The notes under the pieces are model-generated. The model was given only the letters and a program-made list of their open reading frames with translations, was not told the origin of the DNA and did no database searches. From contig CAJUGE010000070.1 in assembly GCA_910586295.1 (NCBI GenBank), forward strand, positions 17,032 to 81,031: 64,000 nucleotides of DNA, written 5' to 3'. This stretch comes from an uncultured Bacilli bacterium (GTDB lineage Bacteria; Bacillota_I; Bacilli_A; RF39; UBA660). Below, in pieces: positions 50,795 to 60,128 of the stretch (positions are counted from its first letter, which is position 1; each line of letters opens with the position of its first letter). Both the position numbers and the translations under genes were made by a program.

Positions 50795-51418
50795 TTATTT
50801 AATTTTAGTTTTAATTTCTTTTAGTCTTTCGACAAATTCTTTTTTATTATTTAAAAGATTGCGTAATTCTTTTAAATAATTGTTATACTCCATATCTTCT
50901 ACAAAGAAATTAGCATAACCACCGTTTCCAAATTTTTCTAATGTATGTTTATAACATTCCTCAATTGTTTCTTTCTCACTAAGTTTATTAAAATGTGTAA
51001 TGCTATAAAGATAAATTCGTTTTAATGAATCATCAACATCGATATTTCTATCTGCAGATGATAATATTTTTCCATAAATACTTCTAGGCTCTCGATTTAA
51101 TGAAGCCCTATGATCTTCTATTGCCTCTTTCATTATTATTAAGTTCTTGTCATTAAAAAAATTATTTAAGTTCGTATCATTATACATAATTTGAGCAGAA
51201 ACTTTTTCATGATTTTTATAATCTACATAATAACCAATATCATGATATGCCGCTATTACATAAAGCATGTTATTATCAATATCCATATTTTTACTTAATT
51301 TATAGCATCTATTGATAACATAGTTAATATGCTCTATTTGATGTCCTTTATCATTTAGTTTATATCGTGGAAATATGTTTTGTTCAATATATCTTTTTAA
51401 TTCTTCATTCACATTCAT
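50795..51418 (-). CDS. HD-domain phosphohydrolase
   Basis: GHQIEHINYV...VIAAYHDIGYY gives the H...HD metal-binding motif. 207 aa. Confidence 0.65.
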   Translation of the reverse strand: MNVNEELKRYIEQNIFPRYKLNDKGHQIEHINYVINRCYKLSKNMDIDNNMLYVIAAYHDIGYYVDYKNHEKVSAQIMYNDTNLNNFFNDKNLIIMKEAIEDHRASLNREPRSIYGKILSSADRNIDVDDSLKRIYLYSITHFNKLSEKETIEECYKHTLEKFGNGGYANFFVEDMEYNNYLKELRNLLNNKKEFVERLKEIKTKIK

Positions 51419-51578
51419 TAACTCATCTCCATAATACTAATTTATAATAAACGACTTTAAGTTTATAAAAATTAGCATGTTCGCTTGTTTAATAAACTAA
51501 CTTATAGTATAATTCTTTTAGGGAATATCAGTTGTTGAGTGTCTACCGAATCTCTAATAGAGAGGAGGATTGATAAAA

Positions 51579-51671
51579 ATGAAAACTAGGACTTTTATCA
51601 TTAAAGCTCTTAAGCTCATTGCTATCATTTTATTTCTCCTTATCATTATGATAGTAGTAATAAAAAAATGA
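51579..51671 (+). CDS. Small hydrophobic peptide (30 aa)
   Basis: MKTRTFIIKALKLIAIILFLLIIMIVVIKK, with RBS AGAGGAGG 8 nt upstream. An 11-bp stem-loop overlaps the stop codon, and a terminator follows. Confidence 0.35.
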   Translation: MKTRTFIIKALKLIAIILFLLIIMIVVIKK

Positions 51672-51718
51672 CACTTAATTCTTCATTGAATTAAATGTCT
51701 TCACAATTCATTGGGTAG

Positions 51719-51760
51719 ACATTCAACTCGCAAAAACTGAATGTTCCCTTTTTTATTTTA
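51719..51760 (+). terminator. Rho-independent terminator after the small peptide ORF
   Basis: ACATTCA, a 12-nt loop, TGAATGT, then TCCCTTTTTTATTTT. Confidence 0.5.
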
Positions 51761-51984
51761 TGCAAGTTCCCTTGACATATTCATAATAACACATTTTATA
51801 ATTATTGTCAAAAATTCATATCAGAAAAAATGTATCATTTTTATGTGATTGTATGAAGATTTTATATAAAGTAGTATTAGATTATTCATACATCGTTTAA
51901 AATAAAGAATTCACATCGAAAATCAAAGTTTTTATGATAAAAATTTTATTTATTTAGTAAGTGATATTAAGTATAAAAGACTTA

Positions 51985-52016
51985 AATAAAAAGAAAAACT
52001 ACTCCATAAGGGTAGT
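51985..52016 (-). terminator. Minus-strand rho-independent terminator about 155 nt downstream of dus
   Basis: On the minus strand, ACTAC-CCTTATGGA-GTAGT is followed by TTTTCTTTTTATTT. Confidence 0.4.
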
Positions 52017-52171
52017 CTTCTTACTAGTGTTTTTTAACTAGCACTGGTCGGTCCTTACCAGACTTATATCTCAACTTATGTTGTAATGCTGTTCAGACCT
52101 AAGTTGAAGAATTTCTTCTTCATTAATTATATTATACTAGTATAAGAAATTACGTCTAGCTTTTTTGAAAA

Positions 52172-53149
52172 TTAATTTAATGCGTCTTCGATTGAATTTA
52201 TTGTATTTATTAATTCTTCTTCAGTTTTACAAGTTACTATTTTGTTTTTTATTTCTTTTGTGTTTGGAATACCTTTTAAATACCAGAGTGCGTGTGTTCT
52301 TATTTCTAATAGTGCTACATTAGTATTTTCATATTGTTTTAGAAGCTCGTAGTGTCTTTTTATCATATTTATTTTCTCTTTTGGTGTAGGGGTTGGTATT
52401 ATATTATCGTTTTCTACATATTCGATACACTCTTTTATAAACCAAGGATTTCCAAGTGTGGCACGCCCTATCATAATAGCATCACAGTTTGTAGTTTCTA
52501 ACATTCTTTTTGCATCTTCGATTGTTTTAATATCTCCATTTCCTATAACAGGAATTTTTACATTTTCTTTAACTTGTTTAATTATGTTCCAGTCGGCTGT
52601 TCCACTATAGCCTTGACTTCTAGTTCTTGCATGTATTGCAATTGCAGAAGCTCCAGCTAGTTCTATTTTTTTAGCAACTTCAATTGCATTTATATTATTC
52701 TCGTCCCATCCACTTCTTATTTTTACTGTTATAGGAGTATTTGTATTTTCTACTACAGATTTAACTATTTCGTATATTTTGTCTGGATTTTTTAAGAGTG
52801 CACTTCCTGCTTGACTTTTTATAGCAACTTTGGGAACAGGACATCCCATGTTTATGTCTATAATATCTGGATGAAAGTTTTCTTCAATGTATTTTGCTGC
52901 AGTTACAAATGAATTAGTATCGTGTCCGAATATTTGAATACTTATTGGTCTTTCTTCTTCATTAAAATTGATAAGATTTATAGTTTTTTTGCTACCATAT
53001 GTAATACCAGTAGATGATATCATCTCAGAGTATATTAAACCAGCACCCATTTCTTTTATAATAGTTCTATAACTAATGTTAGAAACTCCAGCCATGGGCG
53101 CAAATACTATTCTATTATTAATTGTAATATTTCCTATTTTCCACTTCAT
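52172..53149 (-). CDS. dus: tRNA-dihydrouridine synthase (DusB-like)
   Basis: The N-terminal FAPMAGVSN and NMGCP (the catalytic Cys loop) mark a TIM-barrel FMN-binding fold. 325 aa. Confidence 0.85.
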   Translation of the reverse strand: MKWKIGNITINNRIVFAPMAGVSNISYRTIIKEMGAGLIYSEMISSTGITYGSKKTINLINFNEEERPISIQIFGHDTNSFVTAAKYIEENFHPDIIDINMGCPVPKVAIKSQAGSALLKNPDKIYEIVKSVVENTNTPITVKIRSGWDENNINAIEVAKKIELAGASAIAIHARTRSQGYSGTADWNIIKQVKENVKIPVIGNGDIKTIEDAKRMLETTNCDAIMIGRATLGNPWFIKECIEYVENDNIIPTPTPKEKINMIKRHYELLKQYENTNVALLEIRTHALWYLKGIPNTKEIKNKIVTCKTEEELINTINSIEDALN

Positions 53150-53195
53150 GAGATAATTATACTTTATATATGAAAAAAAGCAAATTAGTTTTTAA

Positions 53196-54320
53196 CTAAT
53201 CTGCTTCAGTAGATACTTTTTTTAATGTAACTTTACATATTGCGTTGGTTTTAACGTCATATACTTTAACTATTGCAGTGTCTCCAGTTGATTGATAATC
53301 ACCTCTGGTGCTTCCATCACAGTCAACATTCATATTATTGTAACTGTAACCTGTTTCCGCTTTTATAATAAATGTTGCAGTTTGTCCTTCAGATACTTCC
53401 ATTGGGCTAGTGCCATCTGTTATTTTTCCACCTTCTACTGTAAGTGTTACAGATAGTTTTTTTGGTTTAAATGTTACTGTACATTTAGTATTATTTGTTA
53501 TTTCACGAACTGTAAGTTTTCCGTTTACAAATGAAGCCTTTTGATTATTAGTGCAAGTGTAAGTGTCATATATATAGTTCTCTGCTTCTTCTATTTCAAA
53601 TTCTACGTTTCCACCATGATTTACTGATTTAGCTCTTTCACCAGTTATGGTTCCAAAGTTTGCTTCAACTTCAACTGTGTAATCACTTATTTTAAATGGG
53701 ATTGTACAAGTTGAATCTTTTGTTACATCAGTAACTTTTAAATCTCCAGTAGCTTCGTCATATTCTGCTTTTGCTCCATTTGTACAACTAACTTTTATTT
53801 CATTATCATACTTATAGCCTTCATTAGGTTTAACAATTATTGTTGTTTCGTCATTTAATAACGCATCAAATTCTTGTTCATTTTCTTTGTTTGGCAATTC
53901 TCCATTACTTGCTTTAATAGTTATTTTGTGTAAACTCTTTAGAAAGTATAATCTACAAGTTGAATTAGAAGATAATTCTGGTGGTGTAAATTCCCATTCT
54001 TCTTCATCCCAAGTTCCAGTTTCATTTGGTTCTTTAGTGTTAGTACATGCTGCTCTTTCAAATTGATATACTAGTGTGTCGTCTTCTGCACCTTCGAAAT
54101 CTGGATTTATAACTTTTAATTCTTCTTTTTCTGGTAATTCTTCAACTTTTTCATTGTCTATATAATACATATATGTAACTTTATAAGTTTCATTTTTATC
54201 TTTATCTTTAGGTTTGTCTGTTTTTGAACTTTCTAAATAGCCTATTGTTCCACATGCTAAGCATATAACAATTAGTCCTATAAGAGTTATTATTAATCCT
54301 TTTTTGTTTTTCTTTTTCAT
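53196..54320 (-). CDS. Lipoprotein with three beta-rich repeats of about 75 aa, resembling Listeria-Bacteroides (InlB B-repeat / Flg_new) domains
   Basis: Lipobox LIVICLACGT. Each repeat is bracketed by Cys residues (…SCTNGAKAEYDEATGDLKV…STCTIPF; …YTCTNNQKASFVNGKLTV…TKCTVTF; …VDCDGSTRGDYQ…AICKVTL). Confidence 0.5.
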   Translation of the reverse strand: MKKKNKKGLIITLIGLIVICLACGTIGYLESSKTDKPKDKDKNETYKVTYMYYIDNEKVEELPEKEELKVINPDFEGAEDDTLVYQFERAACTNTKEPNETGTWDEEEWEFTPPELSSNSTCRLYFLKSLHKITIKASNGELPNKENEQEFDALLNDETTIIVKPNEGYKYDNEIKVSCTNGAKAEYDEATGDLKVTDVTKDSTCTIPFKISDYTVEVEANFGTITGERAKSVNHGGNVEFEIEEAENYIYDTYTCTNNQKASFVNGKLTVREITNNTKCTVTFKPKKLSVTLTVEGGKITDGTSPMEVSEGQTATFIIKAETGYSYNNMNVDCDGSTRGDYQSTGDTAIVKVYDVKTNAICKVTLKKVSTEAD

Positions 54321-54478
54321 AAGTTTTATTCCTCCAACTTCTTATTCTTTTTACTATATGTTTATTTTATAATAGATGTCCTTTTATGTCAACTATCTAA
54401 TTTTACTCTTTACTAATGTTTTTTATGCTGTTTTTCATGCAAAATATTGTCTTTTTAATTGAAAATATGAGATTTTGT

Positions 54479-54506
54479 TTGACTTTGTAAAACTTTATAG
54501 TATAAT
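54479..54506 (+). promoter_or_regulatory. Sigma-A promoter (TTGACT-N16-TATAAT) for rplM-rpsI, with a leader of about 85 nt
   Basis: Consensus hexamers. The leader may correspond to the Firmicute L13 autoregulatory leader; its structure was not verified. Confidence 0.5.
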
Positions 54507-54591
54507 GATAGTTGGTACATTTTTATTGTTCTGGTATTTATGTTGTGGGAAGGCATATATATTAAGGACAGATAGAAGGAGAAATATTATT

Positions 54592-55020
54592 ATGAAAACA
54601 TTTATGTTAAGAAAAGAAGATGTTAATACTAAATGGTTCGTGATTGATGCTGAAGGGCAAAATTTAGGTAGAGTTGCTAGTAAAGCTGCACATATTTTAC
54701 GTGGAAAACATAAGCCTACATTTACTCCTCATGTTAATTGCGGAGATGCGGTTATTATCATTAATGCTAGTAAGGTAAATCTTACTGGAGATAAACTTGA
54801 TAAGAAGGTTTATTACAATCATAGTGGATATCCAGGTGGTTTAAGAGAAAGAACTGCTAAAGTTATGAAAGAAAAATATCCAGTTGAAATGGTTGAGAGA
54901 GCTATTAAAGGAATGCTTCCTAAGAATAGACTTGGAAGAGATATGTTTAGAAATCTTTATGTATATGAAGGTAGTGAACATAAACACGAGGCTCAAAAAC
55001 CAGAGAAGTTAGAATTATAG
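54592..55020 (+). CDS. rplM: 50S ribosomal protein L13
   Basis: [30 protein letters not shown]... An internal ATG with an RBS is preferred over the longer 54475 ORF. Confidence 0.9.
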   Translation: MKTFMLRKEDVNTKWFVIDAEGQNLGRVASKAAHILRGKHKPTFTPHVNCGDAVIIINASKVNLTGDKLDKKVYYNHSGYPGGLRERTAKVMKEKYPVEMVERAIKGMLPKNRLGRDMFRNLYVYEGSEHKHEAQKPEKLEL

Positions 55021-55029
55021 GAGGAAACT

Positions 55030-55428
55030 ATGGCAGAAGCAAAGAAATATAGAGCTACTGGTAGAAGAAAAAGAGCGGTAGCACAAGTAACATTAGTTAG
55101 TGGTAAAGGTAAAATAACTGTTAATGGTGTAGATGTTAGAGAATATTTACCTTATGATACTTTGGTTATGGATTTGAAACAACCTCTAGTACTTACTGGA
55201 ACTGAAAATGATTTTGATGTTGAAGTTACTGTTAAAGGTGGAGGATTTGATGGTCAAACTGGTGCGATAAGATTAGGTATTGCTAGAGCTTTACTTGAAG
55301 TTAATAGTGAAGGTTATAGACCTACTTTAAAAGGTGCTGGTATGATAACTAGAGATGCTAGAATTAAAGAGCGTAAGAAATACGGTCTTAAGAAAGCAAG
55401 ACGTGCTCCACAATTTAGTAAGAGATAA
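55030..55428 (+). CDS. rpsI: 30S ribosomal protein S9
   Basis: [14 protein letters not shown]...[19 protein letters not shown]...[12 protein letters not shown]. Confidence 0.95.
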   Translation: MAEAKKYRATGRRKRAVAQVTLVSGKGKITVNGVDVREYLPYDTLVMDLKQPLVLTGTENDFDVEVTVKGGGFDGQTGAIRLGIARALLEVNSEGYRPTLKGAGMITRDARIKERKKYGLKKARRAPQFSKR

Positions 55429-55510
55429 ATTTACGGTCCGAAATATTTCGGGCTTTTTATATTGATTTGCAAATAATGAAGATAATGATATAATTAAGTA
55501 GGAGGTTTTT

Positions 55511-56290
55511 ATGGAAAGATTTAAAGAAACTATAATGAGTGAAAGTAGGCATCATTTTGTTTATGGATATGATACTACCAAGAGAAAGGAATTTTGTGAG
55601 TCTTTGGAAAAGAGTTATCCAATAGTGATGGATTCTGATAAACCAATGGGTATTTATTTGGAAGAATATGGATTACCAAATATTGAGTATGATAAGGGAC
55701 TTGTTGATATGTATGAGACGTGGTCAATTAGCAGAGAATATTTGTGGTTTTCAATTATATATAGGATTTTGTCTAATGCTAAGGAAAGTGTTGGATTTGA
55801 TGAATTAAATAAAAGAGTTCAAGAATTAATTAATCGTTTGAATAGAGGATTTAAAACTCCTGGTTTTAAGGATATTCAAGACTTAAATCACTTGCTTGCA
55901 GTTTTTAAAGAATCAATAGAGTTTTATTTAGAGTCTTATAAAAATTATGTTTTAAATATTGAACGTGTACAGATTGATAGTGTGCCTATTCCTTTTATGA
56001 ATTTAGAATTCTTTGTTAAGCGTTTTAAAGAAAGTATAAATAATCAGTCTTATTTTGGAGTTATTATTAATAATAATAAAGATATAGCCTTATCTTCTGT
56101 ACAGTCTATTAATGATTTAGTTGGTTCTAGAATAAACGGAGATATTTCTATGAAAATAGTAACTGAGCCTGATAAGTGGAAATCTTATAGATGTACGCGG
56201 GATGATTTTGTACAATCTGTTCATGATTATGGTACTATAGAGTTAGATGATAGTTTGCGTGACAATATTAAGTCATTAAAAAATAACTAG
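55511..56290 (+). CDS. Hypothetical protein (259 aa), possibly a degenerate P-loop-NTPase-like fold
   Basis: No intact Walker A. HHFVYGYDTTKRKEF and FGVIINNNKD sit where NTPases carry their Walker A and Walker B motifs. Belongs to the accessory insert between rpsI and htrA. Confidence 0.35.
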   Translation: MERFKETIMSESRHHFVYGYDTTKRKEFCESLEKSYPIVMDSDKPMGIYLEEYGLPNIEYDKGLVDMYETWSISREYLWFSIIYRILSNAKESVGFDELNKRVQELINRLNRGFKTPGFKDIQDLNHLLAVFKESIEFYLESYKNYVLNIERVQIDSVPIPFMNLEFFVKRFKESINNQSYFGVIINNNKDIALSSVQSINDLVGSRINGDISMKIVTEPDKWKSYRCTRDDFVQSVHDYGTIELDDSLRDNIKSLKNN

Positions 56291-56295
56291 TTAAA

Positions 56296-56676
56296 CTAGC
56301 TATTTAGGAAAGGCCCTTTAGCGGCTTTTTTTAATTCTACTCTTACAACTGAAGATAGTTCGTCTACTTCAATTATTTCTCTTTCTCCAATAGTCCATCC
56401 TGAGTCTCTAGTGTAGGTATTAGTTAGTCCTTCTATTACACTACTAACATCACTTGGTGCACATGATTTTACAAAGACTTCCTCGTGAGTACCAGCAGGT
56501 ATTTCTTTTCTTGAAATTGGTACACTTATTTTTACTTTTCCATCTTCTAATGGTGTGAGTGTTACTTTTCCTACTAAGTAGCCATTATCTCTGTCATATA
56601 GTTTTTCTAGACAACTTATAGTTTCGTATATGTAACTTCTGTAAGTTGTTTTTTCAAATGTTTGTGTGTCATTCAT
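56296..56676 (-). CDS. Hypothetical protein (126 aa)
   Basis: Convergent with the previous ORF and tightly packed against it. No motifs recognised. Confidence 0.35.
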   Translation of the reverse strand: MNDTQTFEKTTYRSYIYETISCLEKLYDRDNGYLVGKVTLTPLEDGKVKISVPISRKEIPAGTHEEVFVKSCAPSDVSSVIEGLTNTYTRDSGWTIGEREIIEVDELSSVVRVELKKAAKGPFLNS

Positions 56677-56792
56677 TGTTAATTCCTCCTAGCATATTAT
56701 TAACATAAAAAGTGTATTATAAAAAGAAAATTATGTGAAAAATGTGGTTAAAGTGTTAAGTTTATGATAGAATTTACTTTAGGTGACGAGGG

Positions 56793-57728
56793 TTGGCAAA
56801 TAAAGTATTTAAAAATTTAGATGAGCAAATTAATATTTTGAGAGACAAAGGTCTTATAATTAATGATGAAGATTATGCTAAAGAAATATTGCTTCGTGAA
56901 AACTATTTCTTTATTATGGGTTATAGGCATTTGTTTGTGAAACATGATACGACTAGAAAGTTTAAAGATGGTTCTACGTTTGAAGAATTATATAGTTTAT
57001 TTGTGTTTGATAGAATGTTTAGAAATATTATATTTAAGAATATACTTATTGTTGAGAATAACTATAAATCTATATTTAGTCATGTTTTAAGTAAAGATTA
57101 TGGTTATAAGGAGAAAGATTATCTTAATAGTAAGAATTTTGATACTAGTAAAGAGAAGAGTAGACAGATTAATGATTTGGTTAGAAAAATTAAGAGACAA
57201 CTTAGAATAAATGGTAAAAATCATGGGGCGACTAGTCATTATATGGATAATTATGGTTATATTCCTCTTTGGATAGGTATTAAAGTTATAAGTTTTGGTA
57301 TTATGAGTGAGATGTTTAGTGTACTTAAGTATCATAATAAAGAAGAAATTGCAGATATTTATCATATTACTCCAGAGGAGATGGAAGTGTTTTTACCGAT
57401 ACTTGCGAATTACAGAAATTTATGTGCGCATGAAGATATAGTGTTTGACCATTTTACTCAGAGAGTTATTCCTGATAATAAGTATCATAATTTATTAAAT
57501 ATTGATAAAACTAATGATGAGTATGTGTATGGTAAAAATGATATTTTTGCTCTTATAATTATTTTGAAGTTTCTTCTGACTCAGACAGATTTTAAGATGA
57601 TGATGAATGAAATAAATTATGAGTTTGATAGATTAAGTGGTAAGTTGCATACTATTAGTATTGATGATGTATTAGATAAAATGGGATTTCCACCTAATTA
57701 TAAAGATATTATGTATATGGAAGGATGA
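56793..57728 (+). CDS. Abi_2 family (AbiD/AbiF-like) abortive-infection protein, second copy
   Basis: TTG start. DEQINILRDKGLIINDEDYAKEILLRENYFFIMGY and NYRNLCAHEDIVFD are Abi_2 hallmarks. Ends 7 nt before htrA. Confidence 0.7.
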   Translation: MANKVFKNLDEQINILRDKGLIINDEDYAKEILLRENYFFIMGYRHLFVKHDTTRKFKDGSTFEELYSLFVFDRMFRNIIFKNILIVENNYKSIFSHVLSKDYGYKEKDYLNSKNFDTSKEKSRQINDLVRKIKRQLRINGKNHGATSHYMDNYGYIPLWIGIKVISFGIMSEMFSVLKYHNKEEIADIYHITPEEMEVFLPILANYRNLCAHEDIVFDHFTQRVIPDNKYHNLLNIDKTNDEYVYGKNDIFALIIILKFLLTQTDFKMMMNEINYEFDRLSGKLHTISIDDVLDKMGFPPNYKDIMYMEG

Positions 57729-57734
57729 TATAGT

Positions 57735-58811
57735 TTGAGAAAGAAAATTGCTTATGTTTTGTTATGTTTACTATGTTTTATACTAGGTTCTGGTGTTATG
57801 TTTGGGGTGCTTTATTTGTATCCTAAGACAATAGTTAAAACTATAAGGGAAGAGAATGTTAATATTACTGATACTGGTATAAGTGCTGCAGTTGACAAAA
57901 TTAAAGATTCTGTGGTGGTAATTGAGGTTTATAGTGGTAAGGATTTAGTTAGTACTGGTACTGGGTTTGTATATGATCAAGATGATGATTTTGGTTATAT
58001 TATGACTAATCACCATGTTATTGAGGACGCTGGAGATATAAGTATTACTTATAGTGATGATAGTGAAGGTAGTGCAAGTGTGGTTGGAAGTGACCAATAT
58101 GCAGATATTGCAGTTCTTAGAGTACCTAAGAAAGATATAAAGAGTGTTGCAGTTATTGGAAGTAGTACCGATATGAAAGTTGGAGATACTGTGTTCACTA
58201 TTGGTAGTCCTATGGGAATTGATTTTAGAGGTACTGTTACTAGGGGAATACTTAGTGGGAAAGACAGGTTAGTTTCTGTTAATGTTAATTCTAATCAAGC
58301 AGATTGGATTATGAATGTTATGCAGACAGATGCTGCGATTAATCCTGGAAATAGTGGTGGACCTTTATGTAATGCTAATGGAGAGGTTATTGGTATTAAT
58401 TCTTTAAAGATAGTGAAAGATACTATTGAGGGGCTTGGATTTTCTATTCCTATAGAAGATGCGATAAGTTATTCTAAGAGTATAAGAGAAAAAGGAAGTG
58501 TTAGTAGACCTTATATTGGTGTGAGTATGTTAAATGCTAGTAGTACAATGCAACTTGCTTATGCAGGTCTTAGAATAGATAGAAATATTGAAGATGGTGT
58601 TGTTGTTGTTGAAATAGAAAGTGGAAGTCCTGGAGATAAAGCAGGTTTAAAACGTGGAGATGTAATTGTTAAAGTTGGTGATGATTGGGTAAGTGATATT
58701 GCAGAATTTAGATATAGGCTTTATAGTTATTCTCCAGAAGAGACAATAGAGATTACCGTATTAAGGGATGGTAATGAAGAAAGGGTTAATGTTAAATTAT
58801 CAAGTAATTAG
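57735..58811 (+). CDS. htrA: Membrane-anchored HtrA/DegP-family serine protease with a PDZ domain
   Basis: Transmembrane anchor. Catalytic His (TNHHV), Asp and Ser (GNSGGPL), then PDZ (GSPGDKAGLKRGDVIVKV). Confidence 0.85.
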   Translation: MRKKIAYVLLCLLCFILGSGVMFGVLYLYPKTIVKTIREENVNITDTGISAAVDKIKDSVVVIEVYSGKDLVSTGTGFVYDQDDDFGYIMTNHHVIEDAGDISITYSDDSEGSASVVGSDQYADIAVLRVPKKDIKSVAVIGSSTDMKVGDTVFTIGSPMGIDFRGTVTRGILSGKDRLVSVNVNSNQADWIMNVMQTDAAINPGNSGGPLCNANGEVIGINSLKIVKDTIEGLGFSIPIEDAISYSKSIREKGSVSRPYIGVSMLNASSTMQLAYAGLRIDRNIEDGVVVVEIESGSPGDKAGLKRGDVIVKVGDDWVSDIAEFRYRLYSYSPEETIEITVLRDGNEERVNVKLSSN

Positions 58812-59049
58812 AATTTAAGTCATGAGCTTTTGTGGTAAGTGGCTTTTGTGGTAAGTGGCTTTTTTGTAAAGATATTGAAAATAAAAAGTATCGATATCTT
58901 ACTAAACTAAATTAAAGCAAAATCATATGATTAATAGATAAAAGTGTTCTTCAACTAAAATTTACTTCTGTTACTACATACCTATTATCTAAAATTCTGA
59001 ATACTTTTTGTTATAAAAGTTGTGATTTTTGATTAAATGTCTTTATTTT

Positions 59050-59100
59050 AGGGGTATATGTAGGATTTTAGTGGTGTTTTACTACTAGTTTACTACTTTA
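59050..59100 (+). repeat. Partial, degenerate third copy of the structured repeat element
   Basis: GGGTATA...TTTACTACTAGTTTACTACTTTA matches the 3' part of copy 2 (GGGTATACTTTG...TTTTTACTACTAATTTACTACTTTT). Confidence 0.3.
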
Positions 59101-59284
59101 TAAATTCATATTACTTTTATAAAATGAAAAATATGACGAGGATATATTAGATGATAATATTATTGAAATTATACAGAATACTAAATAAAAAAACAAAGAT
59201 GATTTTGAACTAAAGTTAGACAAATTTTGCATAAAATCAATTTTTATGGTAATATAAACACTAATTTTAAAGGAGAATTCTATT

Positions 59285-60106
59285 ATGAAAGAAATAAAAT
59301 CGAAGGAAATAGATTTATTTGCTCTACAAAAATTACAAAGTTAAGGAACAAAAAGTACAATTTATACTGATGGAAACATATGTTATAAATTTCTGGATGG
59401 TCTTTATCCAGATGAAAAAAGAGATTTGCACAAAAAGTTTCTTGATATGGATGGAATAAAGATTAATAATGTATTATTACCTCAAGATTTAATAATTAAA
59501 GATGGTATATTATACGGTTATACTATGAGATATTTTGAAAATTCCATACCATTATCAGATAAATTTTTAAAAAGATATTTTAATTGCAATGAATTATTTA
59601 TCTATGTATATAAAGCAAGTAAGATATTAAGAGATATTCATAACAATGGTATATGTTGTCAAGACCTAAGTTTTGAAAATATATTAATTGATAATAAAGG
59701 AAACGTTGCATTTTGTGATATTAATGGTTGTACTTATAAAGAACATCGTTCACCATTTTTTTCTAGATTACTTAAAGAATTCTTAGTTGATTATAGAAAA
59801 TCTAGAGTATCTACAGTAGAAGATACAGATAAATTATCAATAATTTTATCTTTTTATCTTACAATGTATGGAGAAGTATTACAAAGAATAACAAGAAGAC
59901 AATACCATGTTTTATCAGATAATATACGTACATTAGAAAATTTGAGAGAAATTGCTAATATATTGGTTGATAAAAAAGTTCTTATACAAGATATGCCATA
60001 TTTAGATGATGTTATAGATTTAACAGATAATTATGAAATAGATAGAAAACAAGTTTTAACTTTAAAGTCAAAAATATTAAATTATTTTTTCTGCAGAAAT
60101 AAATAA
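59285..60106 (+). pseudogene. Protein-kinase-like fold gene with an in-frame TAA at codon 20 (59342-59344)
   Basis: MKEIKSKEIDLFALQKLQS*GTKSTIYTDGNICYKFLDG (Gly-loop and VAIK-like region), then IHNNGICCQDLSFENILIDNKGNVAFCDINGCTY (compare HRDLKPENILID...DFG). The stop falls exactly at the first Gly-loop position. The downstream 226-aa ORF begins only at Met 59426. Confidence 0.5.
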
Positions 60107-60128
60107 TTTAATGCTTACGAAAAGAATC

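Noticed and set aside
52017-52171. Possible SRP (4.5S/scRNA) domain IV, suggested by AGGTCTGAACAGCATTA resembling GGUCCGGAAGGAAGCAGCAUUA
   Set aside because: The GGAA tetraloop and the symmetric-loop pairing partners are missing. The similarity is too weak to call. It is kept only as a generic candidate small RNA or 3' UTR in the findings.
54475-54591. Longer rplM ORF starting at 54475
   Set aside because: The N-terminal extension has no homology to L13 and overlaps the promoter. The conserved L13 N-terminus, RBS and typical length are obtained from the ATG at 54592.
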